Below, one piece after another: positions 1 through 12,970 of a stretch of DNA of 64,000 bases. The notes beneath the pieces were generated by a model. That model had not been told where the DNA came from. It saw only the letters and a program-made list of their open reading frames with translations, and did not search any database. The translations under genes and the position numbers were made by a program. The stretch lies in assembly GCF_009914755.1 (NCBI RefSeq), contig NC_060929.1, one strand, 5' to 3'. The number at the start of each line of letters is the position of its first letter. Within the stretch, counting starts at the first letter, position 1. The stretch comes from the human T2T-CHM13v2.0 reference genome, Homo sapiens.

Positions 1-134
1 TCTTCTTCCACCACGTGGCTGTGCTGGAATCTCTGTGAATCTGCTGTGATTCTGGGGGCTGCTCAATTCACAAATCGTTCATTCCTCAATTAAACACCTT
101 TAAATTTAATTCAGCTGAAGTTTTTCTTTTATCA
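1..134 (+). mobile_element. 3' end of an ERV1-class LTR (MER57-like), cut by window edge
   Basis: Ends ...GATTCTGGGGGCTGC...CTCAATTAAAC...AAATTTAATTCAGCTGAAGTTTTTCTTTTATCA, resembling the MER57-group LTR terminus (ATTAAA signal, terminal CA). Confidence 0.65.
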
Positions 135-214
135 AACCTTATGTAATACTTATTAAAGAATCAGGAACGTACTTTGATTCAAAAACTATTTTCTTGAAGA
201 AGGCACTATATAAA

Positions 215-425
215 GGTAAGATGGGGGTGAGGAAAATGGGCAGATGTTGGTCAAAAGGTACAATCTTTAAGCATAAGATGAACAAGTTCAGGGGATCTAA
301 CAAACAGCATAGGTAGTGATGTAATTAATTTGATATGCATCATTACACAAAGTATATTAAATCATCACATTGCATACCTTAAATCTATACAATATTTTGT
401 CAATTAAACATTTCAAAATTAATTC
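215..425 (+). mobile_element. L1MA/L1MB 3' UTR fragment
   Basis: GAAAATGGGCAGATGTTGGTCAAAAGGTACAA...AAATCATCACATTGCATACCTTAAATCTATACAAT...GTCAATT is typical of late-L1MA 3' ends. Confidence 0.7.
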
Positions 426-647
426 AAATAAACTTTTGATATGTGGTCCAAAAAAGGGGACTTTATCCCCTTAACAAATTTTAGCTAGTGACCAGAAAGA
501 AGTTAAATATTGATGTACAATTATATCTCTGAACTCCATGTATCCTAAATATAACTTTCTATCAGAAAATAAGCTATTGTATGACAGTGATAACAATCAT
601 TATTAGAAGCTCACGATAATGTGTTGATTTTTAGTGTCAGGGATTAC

Positions 648-650
<3 letters not shown>

Positions 651-695
<45 letters not shown>
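651..695. repeat. (AT)22 microsatellite
   Basis: Perfect AT dinucleotide run read directly. Confidence 0.97.
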
Positions 696-699
<4 letters not shown>

Positions 700-700
<1 letters not shown>

Positions 701-850
701 TATTTAATTCTTACATCCCTACTTCATAGGGATGACAATCTCCATTTTATGGATGAGAAAACTGAGACTTAAAAAGGTTATAAAACTTGCCCGTTGTTAT
801 ATAGATAAAAAGTGCCAAACCAGGCTTAGAAACTTAGGATTGAAACTAGG
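700..850 (-). mobile_element. MIR SINE
   Basis: CCATTTTATGGATGAGAAAACTGAGACTTAAAAAGGTTATAAAACTTGCCC matches the reverse MIR core. Confidence 0.8.
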
Positions 851-1107
851 TCATTTTTTATGAGTTTAAGTGGATTGAAAAAGTTATCTAGATTAATTCT
901 TTTATTTTATAAATAAAATAAGAAGCCACAATGGATAAGCCCCCAGCTAAAGGTAGATTCAGGATTATAATACACTAATACACATTTCTCAAATTCTAAC
1001 AACAAATAAAAATATGAATTGGTTCCTTTACATTAAACCTGTTACTGTGTTGTCTTAACCCTTAACTATTACAGTTTACAGACAGAGAGAGAATCGGCGG
1101 TTGGGGG

Positions 1108-1108
<1 letters not shown>

Positions 1109-1138
<30 letters not shown>

Positions 1139-1145
1139 GGAGAGA
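1109..1145. repeat. (GA)n imperfect microsatellite
   Basis: Purine GA run read directly. Confidence 0.9.
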
Positions 1146-1189
1146 TTTAACCCAAGATGTAACTTTCAGGCTATGGGTACTACAAGAAA

Positions 1190-1290
1190 TTAATTCATTG
1201 AGTAGATACATGTTATGAATTGCTTATGTGTCAGGAAATGTTCTAGACACTAGGAATACAAATATGATTATAATTTGTATATATTCTCTC
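1190..1290 (-). mobile_element. L2 3' end fragment
   Basis: TTCATT...TGCTTATGTGTCAGGAAATGTTCTAGACACTAGGAATACA resembles the reverse L2 3' end. Confidence 0.6.
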
Positions 1291-1369
1291 TCTCAGAATA
1301 CCTCTCCCTTTAAGAAAACACAGGTAGCATAATAGGCCAAAGGTTCTTTGGGACACATATGAGCAGAAC

Positions 1370-1867
1370 TATAGGGGGCTGAATGGTAGCTCTTCAAAAT
1401 ATATGTCCATGTTCTAACCTCGTAACCTGTGAATGTGACCTTATTTGGAAAAAGGATGTTTGCAGATGTAATTAAGGATTTTGAGATGAGATCATCCTGA
1501 ATTATCTGGCCCTAAATTAAATGCCAAACCCTTAAAAGTCATTATAAGAAGGAAGAGAGAGATAACACAGACCAGAGACAACACACACAGAGGAGAAAGC
1601 CCTGAAGAGCGGAGTGATGCAGCCACAGGAGATTCCTGATGCCACTAGAAGATGGAAGAGACAAGCAAAGACCCTCCCCATGGAGCCTTCGGAGGGAGGC
1701 TTAACTGAGGGAGGCTTAACTTTTAAGCCTTCAGAGGGAGACTTAACTTTTGACCAACACCTTAACTTTTGACCGTTGGCTCCCGGAAAATTGAGAAAAT
1801 AAATTTCTGTTGTTTTAAGCCAGGAAGTTGTGATAATTTGATACAAGAGTCCTAAGAAACAAATATA
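1370..1867 (+). mobile_element. MLT1B/MLT1C-type MaLR solo LTR
   Basis: CCTGTGAATGTGACCTTATTTGGAAAAAGGATGTTTGCAGATGTAATTAAG and AATAAATTTCTGTTGTTTTAAGCCA are MLT1A-D hallmarks; explains ORF 1532..1846. Confidence 0.85.
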
Positions 1868-2019
1868 GGCACATATATGGATTTTCCTAGCCCTAGAAGA
1901 AGAGGTGTTCTAAGCAACAATTTTTGAAATAGATCTGTCATTAAGCTTCCTCTAATGTGGCAGTGACCTAAATAGCAACAGATATTTATGTTAAATGTCT
2001 GTATCAAGGAAGTTTCCTA

Positions 2020-2517
<498 letters not shown>

Positions 2518-2949
2518 TCAACAGCTCTTCCACATTTGGAACCAAATAATTAATTCTCACAAGTTTGAAAACATAAGCAAGCATTATTTATCATGAATTT
2601 AAACATTTAACAAGAATGCAGCAGAAATAAAAGCACTATTTTCTTTATAAAACTCTGTCTCACTGGGATAAAATATAATCTTTGGACCAAACTAGCATCG
2701 TCATCATCCTACTCATCTTCATAATTTAATCTTCATCCAAAAAGCCTGCATCTACTAAAATACTAGGTCATAAGTGGTGTTGAATAAAAATACCAAAACA
2801 CAAAAGTACTGTTCACTTGAAAGGAAAAAAGATGAAGGTTTAGAACCCAAATGGATCATTTGTAAACATTTAAATACTAGGAATCAGAATCACTTATTTT
2901 CTGAATGAAAATTCAGGTTATGGAACTTGAAAAGTACATCCAGGGAAGT

Positions 2950-3065
2950 AACTTCACATCATAGATGAGGTCACTACATCACAGAGAAGTGAATTACCCA
3001 ATTTGCACAGTCTATGGCAAAGGTGATATCTGAAATGTGATCTCAATTCCCTAGCCAATGCTATT
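2950..3065 (-). mobile_element. MIR fragment
   Basis: ATAGATGAGG...CAGAGAAGTGAATTACCCAA...CACAG: degenerate reverse MIR core. Confidence 0.5.
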
Positions 3066-3689
3066 TCCAAGATTCCTTATTCACATTTTTATATCTAAAT
3101 AATGCATTACTATCAATGTTACCAAGACAAGTGAAGGGTTTTTTGTAGGTAGGTGTTGGATTAGGGAGAAGAAGAAGCTTGAGATGATCATTCTATTGTA
3201 TGAACATCAATAAATTTCATATAATTATACTTCCCACACAAAGAGTAACCCAACTTAGATTTAATGATCATGAACTGTTATTTTGTTGGCTTAAAACATA
3301 TGTTGTCTCAATAAGTAATATATTCTAACAGGTGGCATTCAGCTATTACTAAATTCCTACCTCTACCCATTGAAAGCTTTTAGAAGGGTTTCTACTCGAA
3401 AGCCCTAGTCCTCAAATGCCCGCCAGGCTATTATGAGATTATTTATTTAAACCACACAGGCTTTTCAAGTGTACAGACGTTTATAATTCTTTTATACACT
3501 CTGACAAAAGTAAAAGTTGCAATTCTAACAATAACCTTAACATTTAACCAAAATACACTTAAACTACACTTGTTAGAATATAAATATTACACTCATCCAT
3601 AGACACGGTTAGGCTATTTTCCTCATGTAAGGTCAATGTACTAGAGCAGGTGGTAGGATGGACAGACTAAATTAAAAGAAATAAATTTC

Positions 3690-4420
<731 letters not shown>

Positions 4421-4519
4421 CAGAACAAATGCCTTTTTTTTTTCTTTTGGGTAAAGGGATGGTTTCTGGTGATTATTTGAAACGGAGTGTGCAAACAGTT
4501 AAGTCTGACGTAACTTTTA

Positions 4520-4965
4520 CCTACCTTATTTTCTTCTCCCGTTATCTTTGCCAGTGAGTCATTAGGCATGAGCTTGTGACATAACTTTGAACATGAGGTG
4601 AAGGTGAAGTTTCCTATTGGGCTATGGAAAAGATTTCTTATTCCCTTGAAGAGGCACAGAGGAAAAGGCAGGCTCTTTTCTCCCTGGATGTGGTTGTGTA
4701 AGACTGCGTTTCCTTGAATTGCAGCAGCTATCTTGGGACCCTGATAAGAAACTCACCTCAGGAGAAAATTGACAATGCAAATGTAGAAAGGGGTGATGGA
4801 AAGAACCTGAATGAAGACTTTAACATAGATGATCTGCTGAATTAACCAAATGCATGGCTCTACTACTCCTAGGTTTCTTGTTAGGTAAGATAACATATGC
4901 CCTTATTATTTAAGCCATTTTGACGTAGAAGTTTTTTGTTAAAGCCAACAGCTTTCTAAAAGATG
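4520..4965 (+). mobile_element. MLT1J/K-type MaLR LTR
   Basis: GCAGCAGCTATCTTGGGACC...GGAAAGAACCTG...CTGCTGAATTAACCAA...CTTATTATTTAAGCCATTTT. Confidence 0.7.
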
Positions 4966-7201
4966 TCCAGAAGCAGATTATTGGGGCAATCAGGCAGAAA
5001 GGCAACCTGCCTAACAGATGAATGCTTTTAACTCCGTTTTCTTATGCCTAACCTATTCCAGGTGTCTCTCATTCTTTAGACTTCAAGGCTCCCTCATGAT
5101 TTTACATTAAGTTAGAGTTACTCATTGAAGATTATTTGCTTTTGTTTGATTAGGGCAGGGTGTGTTTACAGCTGAAAATACAGAGATAATAAGTATTAAA
5201 TGTAAATGACTCCTGCAAAAAAAAATCATAAAGAAGCAGGTTTTTCCACTCCAATCAGACAATAGAGAGGATGCCACCTAGCATTGCTATCTGCATAGCA
5301 ATATTCAGGAGACAGTTTATTGTCTAAATAGTTCAGACTCTCACAATTCAAGCACTCTTTTTTTTGGCAAGCTATTTTCTCCAATGAATATACACCTCAA
5401 ACATTTTTAAATGTTTTTTATATATAGGTGAATATTTATTTTGACATAAAATAGAATTTATTTGAAACTTACATTCATTTTTGCAATGAGCAAGTGACCT
5501 AGATTTCTTTTTTAACTTGTACAAATTCAGTGACTCAATCTTGACTCACATTTACCTTTACCTGAAGGGTCTTGTTTCACTAGTTTGATTGTAAGTTGAG
5601 AAATTGAGACAAGAAATTTTTACGAAGTTTCATAACATGATTAAAAATTGTTTCAAGAACACTGTTTTTCATGTGAATTATGTAAAAGATCATGTTCCCT
5701 TTTATAGAGATGGGTGGCATGACTGCCTCTTAGTATAGCCATAAATGTAGGTTTATCCATAAAATATTAAACATTCACATCCAGCATTCCAGAATCAAGA
5801 TACTTTATTACCTCAAAATTTTAGGTAGTTAATATGGTAGATAGTGTTGAAGAACTGCTTGTTCACTTTCTTCAATATGGCCCAACTGAGTTAATAAAGT
5901 GACATTTTATTTGGAAGGTAAGCTGAATTCAGATATGATTATTCTTGTTTCTTTCATATTATAATTTTATGTATTCCAATGGAAAATTGAGCTTCGTTTG
6001 AATGAGTAAAAATGAATTGAGGATTAAGCTGTCTGTCTGGATATGTGTTCAAATGTTTGGCAATAATATAATGTGCTACGTAGACCTCTTGTATCCTTGT
6101 GATCTTTATAGGGGATCCACATGGTCAAGTCTATTTTTTTCTAATGATACTAAGACCTTTTGTTTTGTTTCACTCAACTGACATTTGCACTGATGGGACA
6201 ATAGCATTGTGGGTAAAATGTCTTGAACGTTAGAATAGATCAAGACACTCAAACCCAAAATTACAGTAGTCATTATGTTGTTTACCATCCAGCCATCACA
6301 GGAAAACAAAAACAAAAACAAAAAAAGTCGGTTTTACTTAAAAGTATACGCAGTAAAGAAGTAAAACTATTGATTTTATTATATCTCAACCATTAAATCC
6401 ACAACTCCTTGGTATTCTGTGTGATGAAATGGAAAGTATTTATAAAACACTTTTGCTGAAAGCTGAATGATTATGTTATTTTAAGGAGAAGTTCTTAAAT
6501 AATTGCATGAATTCTTATCTGGGGCCTTGTTTCACAGAATACCATCTGTACGTAAAAAACCATTGGCACTATCAAATTTGGGTATTGGCCAGACATTTTC
6601 TCAAAATGAATGAAGTCATCTTATCACTTTGAAGAAAACAATGAATAGTATTTTTTGCCAGTAATAGGATTTGAGCTTTCAAGTAAAGATTTATATAACT
6701 CAGTGATTGAAACAACATTTTCTAAATGACTAGTGAATAATTTTTTTTAAACACGTATGGGTAGAATATCCATTCATGTCCCAGATGGACTATTGGATTT
6801 TGTTGTAACACAGTAAGAAAATTTTATAAATACAATTTCAGCTTCTATATTAACACTACCCTTTAAAAAACAATCATTTGTCAAATTTTTGTGTAATATC
6901 AGATAATATTCACGATTATCTTAAAAGAATATTTAAATATTTCTCCGCTTTCAACTACATATTTATTTGAGACCAGCTTTTATTCATATATTCAAACCAA
7001 AACAATGTATTGCAGCAGAATGAATAAGAATTAGATATAAGAATCTAGCTGTCTTCTATTAAGCTGGACATTAAGGAAGTTTGCAAAAATATAAATCAGT
7101 ATCACTCTTTTTTTGTAAAAATAATTTTCATTGAAATTATTTTTGGTATTTAATCAGTTTAATTATTTTATGTTTAAATAACATGCATGTTTACCTTTTA
7201 A

Positions 7202-7203
<2 letters not shown>

Positions 7204-7257
<54 letters not shown>
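7204..7257. repeat. (TG)27 microsatellite in place of the Alu tail
   Basis: Perfect run abutting the 3' end of the minus-strand Alu. Confidence 0.97.
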
Positions 7258-7258
<1 letters not shown>

Positions 7259-7508
7259 TGACGGAGTTTCACTTTGTTACCCAGGCTGGATGGAGTGCAG
7301 TGTTGTGATATCTTGGCTCACTGCAACCTCCGCTGCCTGAGTTCAAGCGATTCTCCTGCCTCAGTCTCCCAAGTAGCTGGGATTACAGGCATGTGCCACC
7401 ACACCTGGCTACTTTTTGTATTTTTAGTAGTGATGGGGTTTCACCATGTTGGCCAGGCTAATCTCCAATTCCTGACCTCAGGTGATCCGTCCACCTTGGC
7501 CTCCCAAA
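7258..7508 (-). mobile_element. AluS, slightly 5'-truncated
   Basis: GACGGAGTTTCAC...CCTGACCTCAGGTGATCCGTCCACCTTGGCCTCCCAAA, then a return to Charlie1a sequence. Confidence 0.92.
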
Positions 7509-7695
7509 ATTATCTTTCAAATTTTAAAACAGCAAATACTGATAGGTACAAAAAATATACAAAAGTCTTTGGGGTCCTCAATAATTTATTATACGGCAAA
7601 AGAGTCATGAAACTAAAATATTTGAGAACTAGTGGTATAAGGTGACAGATAACAGTTACTTTGATTATATGCTGCGTTAGAGACATGCCCAGTAC

Positions 7696-7905
7696 AAAAA
7701 TAGACTATGGGGACTCCAGAGGGGGAAGGGTGGAAAGGGTGTAAGAGCTGAAAAATTATGCACTGGGTACAATATCTAGTATTTGAGTGATGGATATACT
7801 AGAAGCCCAACTTCCACAATTACACATGTAATGCCCATGCAACAGACAAGCACATTTACCTAGCTGAATCTAAAATAAAATTCTAAAAAGACTAAAAAAA
7901 AAAAA
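7696..7905 (+). mobile_element. L1PB/early L1MA 3' end with A-rich tail
   Basis: ATAGACTATGGGGACTCCAGAGGGGGAAGGGTGG...GGGTACAAT...CTAGAAGCCCAAC...GAATCTAAAATAAAA plus A tail. Confidence 0.85.
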
Positions 7906-8059
7906 GATGAAAAAGAAAAATGCTGAATACTATCTCCAAAATCTAAGAATGAGAAACTCTGTTTTCTTACTTAGAATTTGTTACATGTTCCTATAGGTTT
8001 TAAAGACATTGACCAGAAATTTTCTGGAGGTCTTTCATTCATATCTTTGGCAACATGTT

Positions 8060-8215
8060 GATAATAACTACGGCAGCTATTACTTATTCACCTAATGCAC
8101 TGCCAGACACTCTGGTAAGTGCTTCACACGCATGACCTCACTAACTCTTACAACTTCATGAATTTAGAATTATTTATGCTTGTTAGGAATTTTTTATAAA
8201 AGAAACTCAGGTAGA
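8060..8215 (-). mobile_element. MIR fragment
   Basis: TGCCAGACACTCTGGTAAGTGCTTCACACGCATGACCTCACTAACTCTTACAAC. Confidence 0.65.
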
Positions 8216-8259
8216 ATTATTTTATCAGTCGTCATGTTTCTTACATGAGAGAGAGAAAG

Positions 8260-8735
8260 GGAATATTTTTCTCTAAGTGCCAGACACTGTCTTAAGCACT
8301 GGAAATGCCAAAGTGAACAAGACAATACAGGTTCCTGATCTCATAGACTTTACATTCCAGTGGTTTAGACGAATGATAGAAATGTAATTAAATCATTAAG
8401 ATAAGTACAACTAATAATATAAACCTATTTATAAATAGCACCTATGGTGGTCAAGGATGATCTCCGTGGGAAATCAACACAAGTTCTAAGATATGAAAGC
8501 CAGCAACTGACAATATACATGAGCCAGAGAGAAAAGTAAGAGCAAAGGACCTGTGGCTGGGATACATTTGTTAAAATTCTAGAAGAGAAATAAAGTACAC
8601 ATAGCTCAAGTGTTGTGGCTGAGATAGAGAATTGGAGGAGATGCTGGATAGATATGCAGGGGATATCCTGGAGGGTGTTTTAGACCATAGTTGAAAGACT
8701 GGATTTAATGCTAAGTTTTATTAGAAGCCCTTATA
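8260..8735 (-). mobile_element. L2 3' region
   Basis: GTGCCAGACACTGTCTTAAGCACTGGAAATGCCAAAGTGAACAAGACA...CTCATAGACTTTACATTCCAGTGG...GCAAAGGACCTG. Confidence 0.8.
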
Positions 8736-10358
8736 CTTAATCAAATGCCAGTGGCCCCAGTGCTCTGCTGCTTTTTTAACATGAATTAAAAATTCATGTT
8801 TTTTCAACTCTGCCAATAACTGTAACATCATAACTGTTTCAAAAGAGAGCCAGAGAGATAGAGTTGATTTTAAAATAGATAAGAATTGCTTTGTAGGAAC
8901 AAAAATATTTGTACATCCCAGGTGGTTTTTAGAAGAAGGAAAATAAAACCTATTTCTCTAAATGGTAGGAGAAGTTGGAAAACCCAACCATGAGCTTAGT
9001 GAGTCAACCAAGTGAAATCTCATTTCCAGGAACCAAAACAGTATATCTTCTCTTTGGGTATGTATTCACGTGTGAGTTTTATTTGTTTCCTATTGATTGA
9101 CTAATGCCTGGGGGGAAATGGTAATGTAGAAAATTGCAAGTACAAATTTGGAATTTGTTGTAAACTTGTAATGGATATATAAAGAAAAACTACAACCGGA
9201 AAATTAGAAAGGGCCAATTGAATGAGAAATAGATTAAGCTGATGTTGGGCTTGGAAAATTAGAGAACCATATTTTTTTAAGTTTAAATAAATAGTATCAG
9301 GATTCTCCCACTCCCCAAGATAGGCTGAAAACTATAAATTTCAATACCCTAAAAGAGAGATTGCATAAAAATGAAATGAGCTTTGTAAGGGGAATTTCAG
9401 AAGTTGGCATACCAGTTTTTTCTACCAAGTAGCTTTAGCTGAACCCCCCAAAAAGGGAAAATTTTGTTTATAACAGATGAAGAAGATAGTTAAACCTCAG
9501 TAAATAGGTTTTGGAATTTTAAGAGAGAAAACCCAGATTCACAGTTGATGAATACATAAACACTCTATTATATACACTTTAAAGAGACAATGAATAAAAA
9601 ATATTATTCTTCCATCACAGAGAGTAATTATCACTCTAAAATATATTTTCTACGTGTATTGACCCTGAATTGAGAGAAAATGTATAACACTCATATCTTT
9701 TAATATTATGCTTGTTTTAATCTATCTCTATACTAAAGTAATAACTGAAGGCATATTAAAAATAATTAGTTTTAAAATTTTAGAGATTCTTACTGTAGAA
9801 GAGAAATGGAAAAGAGTTAGAGTCACTTGAACAATTCGGCCATGAAGGCACAGGCTATAATAAGACCCATCGGCAAGCTTCAGCCTTCTGGTGTGTTTTT
9901 GTTAAAAACAAAATAGAATCATTATTTCTAACTCAGGAGAAATTGTATACACACCGGTTTGTGGGCTTCTTTGGAATCAAAAGAAAAGCTGGCAACATTA
10001 GACCTGCATTCTGCAAGAAAATAGTGGCTACTTCCCCTTCCAGATTGGGCATGAATGTCTCTGCTCTTCTTGTTTCTTTCCCAACACCCCTGATGGGCCC
10101 CAACACCCTTGTTGGGCCCCAAAACCCAGCAGCCAGGTCTGGCTTCATTTATTGATACAATCTTTCTGAACCTTGCAGGCATTTGGAGCCCCTAAGTCTG
10201 TAACATTATGCAGATCTCAATGGAAACTAAACAGTTAGGATTTATTACCTAGTGCCTTCTTCATATATCTGGATATTTGACTATTTATCTTTCTTATACT
10301 TGAGGAAATAACTACACATTTATGAAAGTATGTATGTATGTGTGTATTTGTGTATTTG

Positions 10359-10380
10359 TCTCTCTCTCTCTCTCTCTCTC
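10359..10380. repeat. (TC)11 microsatellite followed by a GA-rich tract at 10393-10411
   Basis: Read directly. Confidence 0.9.
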
Positions 10381-11959
10381 AATACATACAGCGAGAGGGA
10401 GAGAGAAAGAAGCATATACTTACACGTAATTATGCAGTTATCCCCACAAATATTTAAATATTGCCTTCTACACTCAGATCCTGGTGAAGACAGAGTAAAA
10501 AGCATAGCAAAAACAGCAACCACACATTCTTTGATGCAGAAAAATTACAAGCCCATAGGTGATCTTGATTCTAAATGAAACTTCTCAATAACTTCTTATG
10601 GTACGGATGACACAATTTTTTTAAATAAAGGACAATTTCTCTAACTTGGAATCCCTCAGCCTTTAGGTACCTGTTTGCTTTTGTTGTTGCCAAAGGTTAT
10701 TGGGACATAGCAGAAATGACAGATTGTCTGGAGACCATAAGGCTGCTAGAAGCCCAAGGCAGTCCAGGCAGCACCAGGGAGCAAACTTCCACAGACTGCC
10801 AGGCCCTGTGCTCTTTAATCAGGACTGCTAAATGATCCAGGTGGCATGGATTTCGGGCCCCTTAGAATAATGCAGAAAAAAATAGTGAATATTCCCTTCC
10901 CAACTGTCCCTTTTGGCTCTTCTTCACTCAATACAAAATCCTTGGGGGCAAAGGAGACCTACTTTTAAGGAGGGGCCAAATATCCTCTGTTCATCTATGA
11001 GAATACAAAGAAATTACAAACCTAAGGGAAAGCAAAACAAAACACCAACAACAACACAAGAAGAACCTGTTTATCAGACCCAGAAAAGGGCAGAAATAGC
11101 CACAAGTCTAAAGATTTCTAAAGGCACTTCAAATAGAATGTATGATTTTAACCTCTTATTGTACTTCAGATGATTGTTCCCTGCATGAACTAGGTCAGGT
11201 CCCTGGACTAAAACTCGGCTCCCTCTGAATGTCTGCCTTAGGGGTATACTTCCGTCACCCCAATGTCTTTTGCAAACTCTAGAATTCCCATTTGAGGTTG
11301 ATTTCTAATTCTTAGTGCCTCCATTAAATTGAAGGTTTATCTTTCTTTATTCCCCTTATTCTCTTCACTGGCAACCAGGCCCTCATTTGCCTTGCCTGGT
11401 ACCCAAAGTCTCAGGTCCTATCTGCCCCTTCTCACACCCATCACTGGCTCTCAAGACTCTCACTGGTCAAGTGGTTCACCAGAGAGACATGTGTCAAACA
11501 TAAAATCAATATCACGTTAGAGGCAAAGTTAATATGGTGTTGAGTCACTTACAAACCTAGCTTTGATTCACTCCAAGGACTGTACTCTTAATAGCAATAA
11601 AAATTTTACTAAATCCACAAGAAAGTGGGTGAATGGAAGGGACAGAATGCACTGGTGAGTTCAGAGGTGAATGCACCCTCATGAGCTTGAAAATCAAGAA
11701 AAAATGCTCCTCCGTGTACTCCAAATGGACAGGTAAAGTTTGAATATAAAGTCCAGAAGTAGTGAGTATCCTGGGATGGAGAACAAAAAGACAAAGGTGA
11801 CAGTTTAGAATCTACTGGGGCACATTGTGAGAACAATGAGGAAATGGTCTGTTTAAGCCATTTTGTTTCCAACAGGAGAGCAGCTGTGGAAGCTAAGACC
11901 ATGTTCTAAAATAACATGTCTTAATGTACGCATTATTCCCATTCACAAAAACATCTACT

Positions 11960-12205
11960 AAAGTGCAGTGCTTAGGAGTATGAATTCTACTTTAAAGAGA
12001 CAAATTTGAAATGTCCACTGACATTAACGCTCGGTGTGAACAACATTAAATCCTATATCCTGTCTATGACTTATTTTCCTACTATTTAGAGTAGGAATAT
12101 TATTATTTAGTTTCTAGACAGATTGGGTAAATTGAATGAGGTAATGCATGGAAAAATTAAATAAAATATCTTGCACATAGAATTATTCAATAATTATATC
12201 ATTAA
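11960..12205 (+). mobile_element. MIR
   Basis: GTGCAGTGCTTAGGAGTATG...AATTGAATGAGGTAATGCATGGAAA...GCACATAGAATTATTCAATAA. Confidence 0.7.
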
Positions 12206-12660
12206 TTATTCAATCATTTGATATTTTTGAATCATCTATTTGGTTATATTTGCTGTGCTTGACACAAGTACTAGAAGGATGAGTAACATTGAGTTCCTGG
12301 ACTCATCTCATCGTCTGTGAAGAAAGAGAGAAGTTAACCAATAGTTTTAATACCACATCATATGTAATGTGTTGAAGGTAAATACAAAAGGTCTCACCCC
12401 AATGCAGTGGAATGAGTAACACCTGAGGCCAAAGGGTTTGCGGTGCTAAGGAGCAATACCTGATTCAGGACTAGGAGGTCAGATCAGTTTTCCACAACAT
12501 GGAAGTAAGAGCTGACAAAACAGAAAGGATCTTCCAAGCAGAAGGAAACGTAGGTACAAAGGTCTCCCAAATAGTTCAAATTGACTTAGTCGAATGGTGC
12601 ACCAGGAGCACACCCGGCCAGGACAGGAGACAGGATTGGAGAATTTCCCAAGGACCTGAC
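12206..12660 (-). mobile_element. L2 fragment
   Basis: TTATTCAATCATT...CTGTGCTTGACAC...TTCCAAGCAGAAGGAAACGTAGGTACAAAGG. Confidence 0.65.
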
Positions 12661-12761
12661 ATTCGTTCAGTACTGATTCAAGTAGTGTTGGTGGAGGTTG
12701 TTACTTTCTGCATGAAAATCACAAGAAAAAAAGAAGGAAGGCGAGTGACTTCATAGAGTCT

Positions 12762-12970
12762 CTTATGATGATTAAAAGCATTGGCTTTGGAGACAGGGAG
12801 GCTTTGCATTTTTAAACACGGTTGTTACCTTCATAGCTTCAGGTAAGTTAACTGGTGCAAATCTCATCTTCCTTATCCATAAAATGGGGACATTTTCCCC
12901 ATGGAATTACAATGGTGATTAAATAAGGTAATGTTAACAAAACAATTAGATCAGTGCCTGGCCTATAACC
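12762..12970 (+). mobile_element. MIR
   Basis: GATTAAAAGCATTGGCTTTGGAGACAG...CTCATCTTCCTTATCCATAAAATGGGGA...CAGTGCCTGGC. Confidence 0.8.

Larger units (their letters stand above)
6061..7634 (+). mobile_element. Charlie1a (hAT-Charlie DNA transposon), near full length, interrupted by an Alu
   Basis: 5' GGGGATCCACATGGTCAAGTCTATTTT...GACATTTGCACTGATGG; internal GTGTGATGAAATGGAAAGTA and CAGACATTTTCTCAAAATGAATGAAGT; 3' TIR-like TTTGAGAACTAGTG. Confidence 0.85.

Noticed and set aside
5283-5302. 8-bp inverted repeat ATTGCTAT-CTGC-ATAGCAAT
   Set aside because: 8-bp AT-rich arms are expected several times per 64 kb.
8800-9520. Possible MaLR/ERVL internal remnant
   Set aside because: Only a vague resemblance; I could not anchor it to a consensus.
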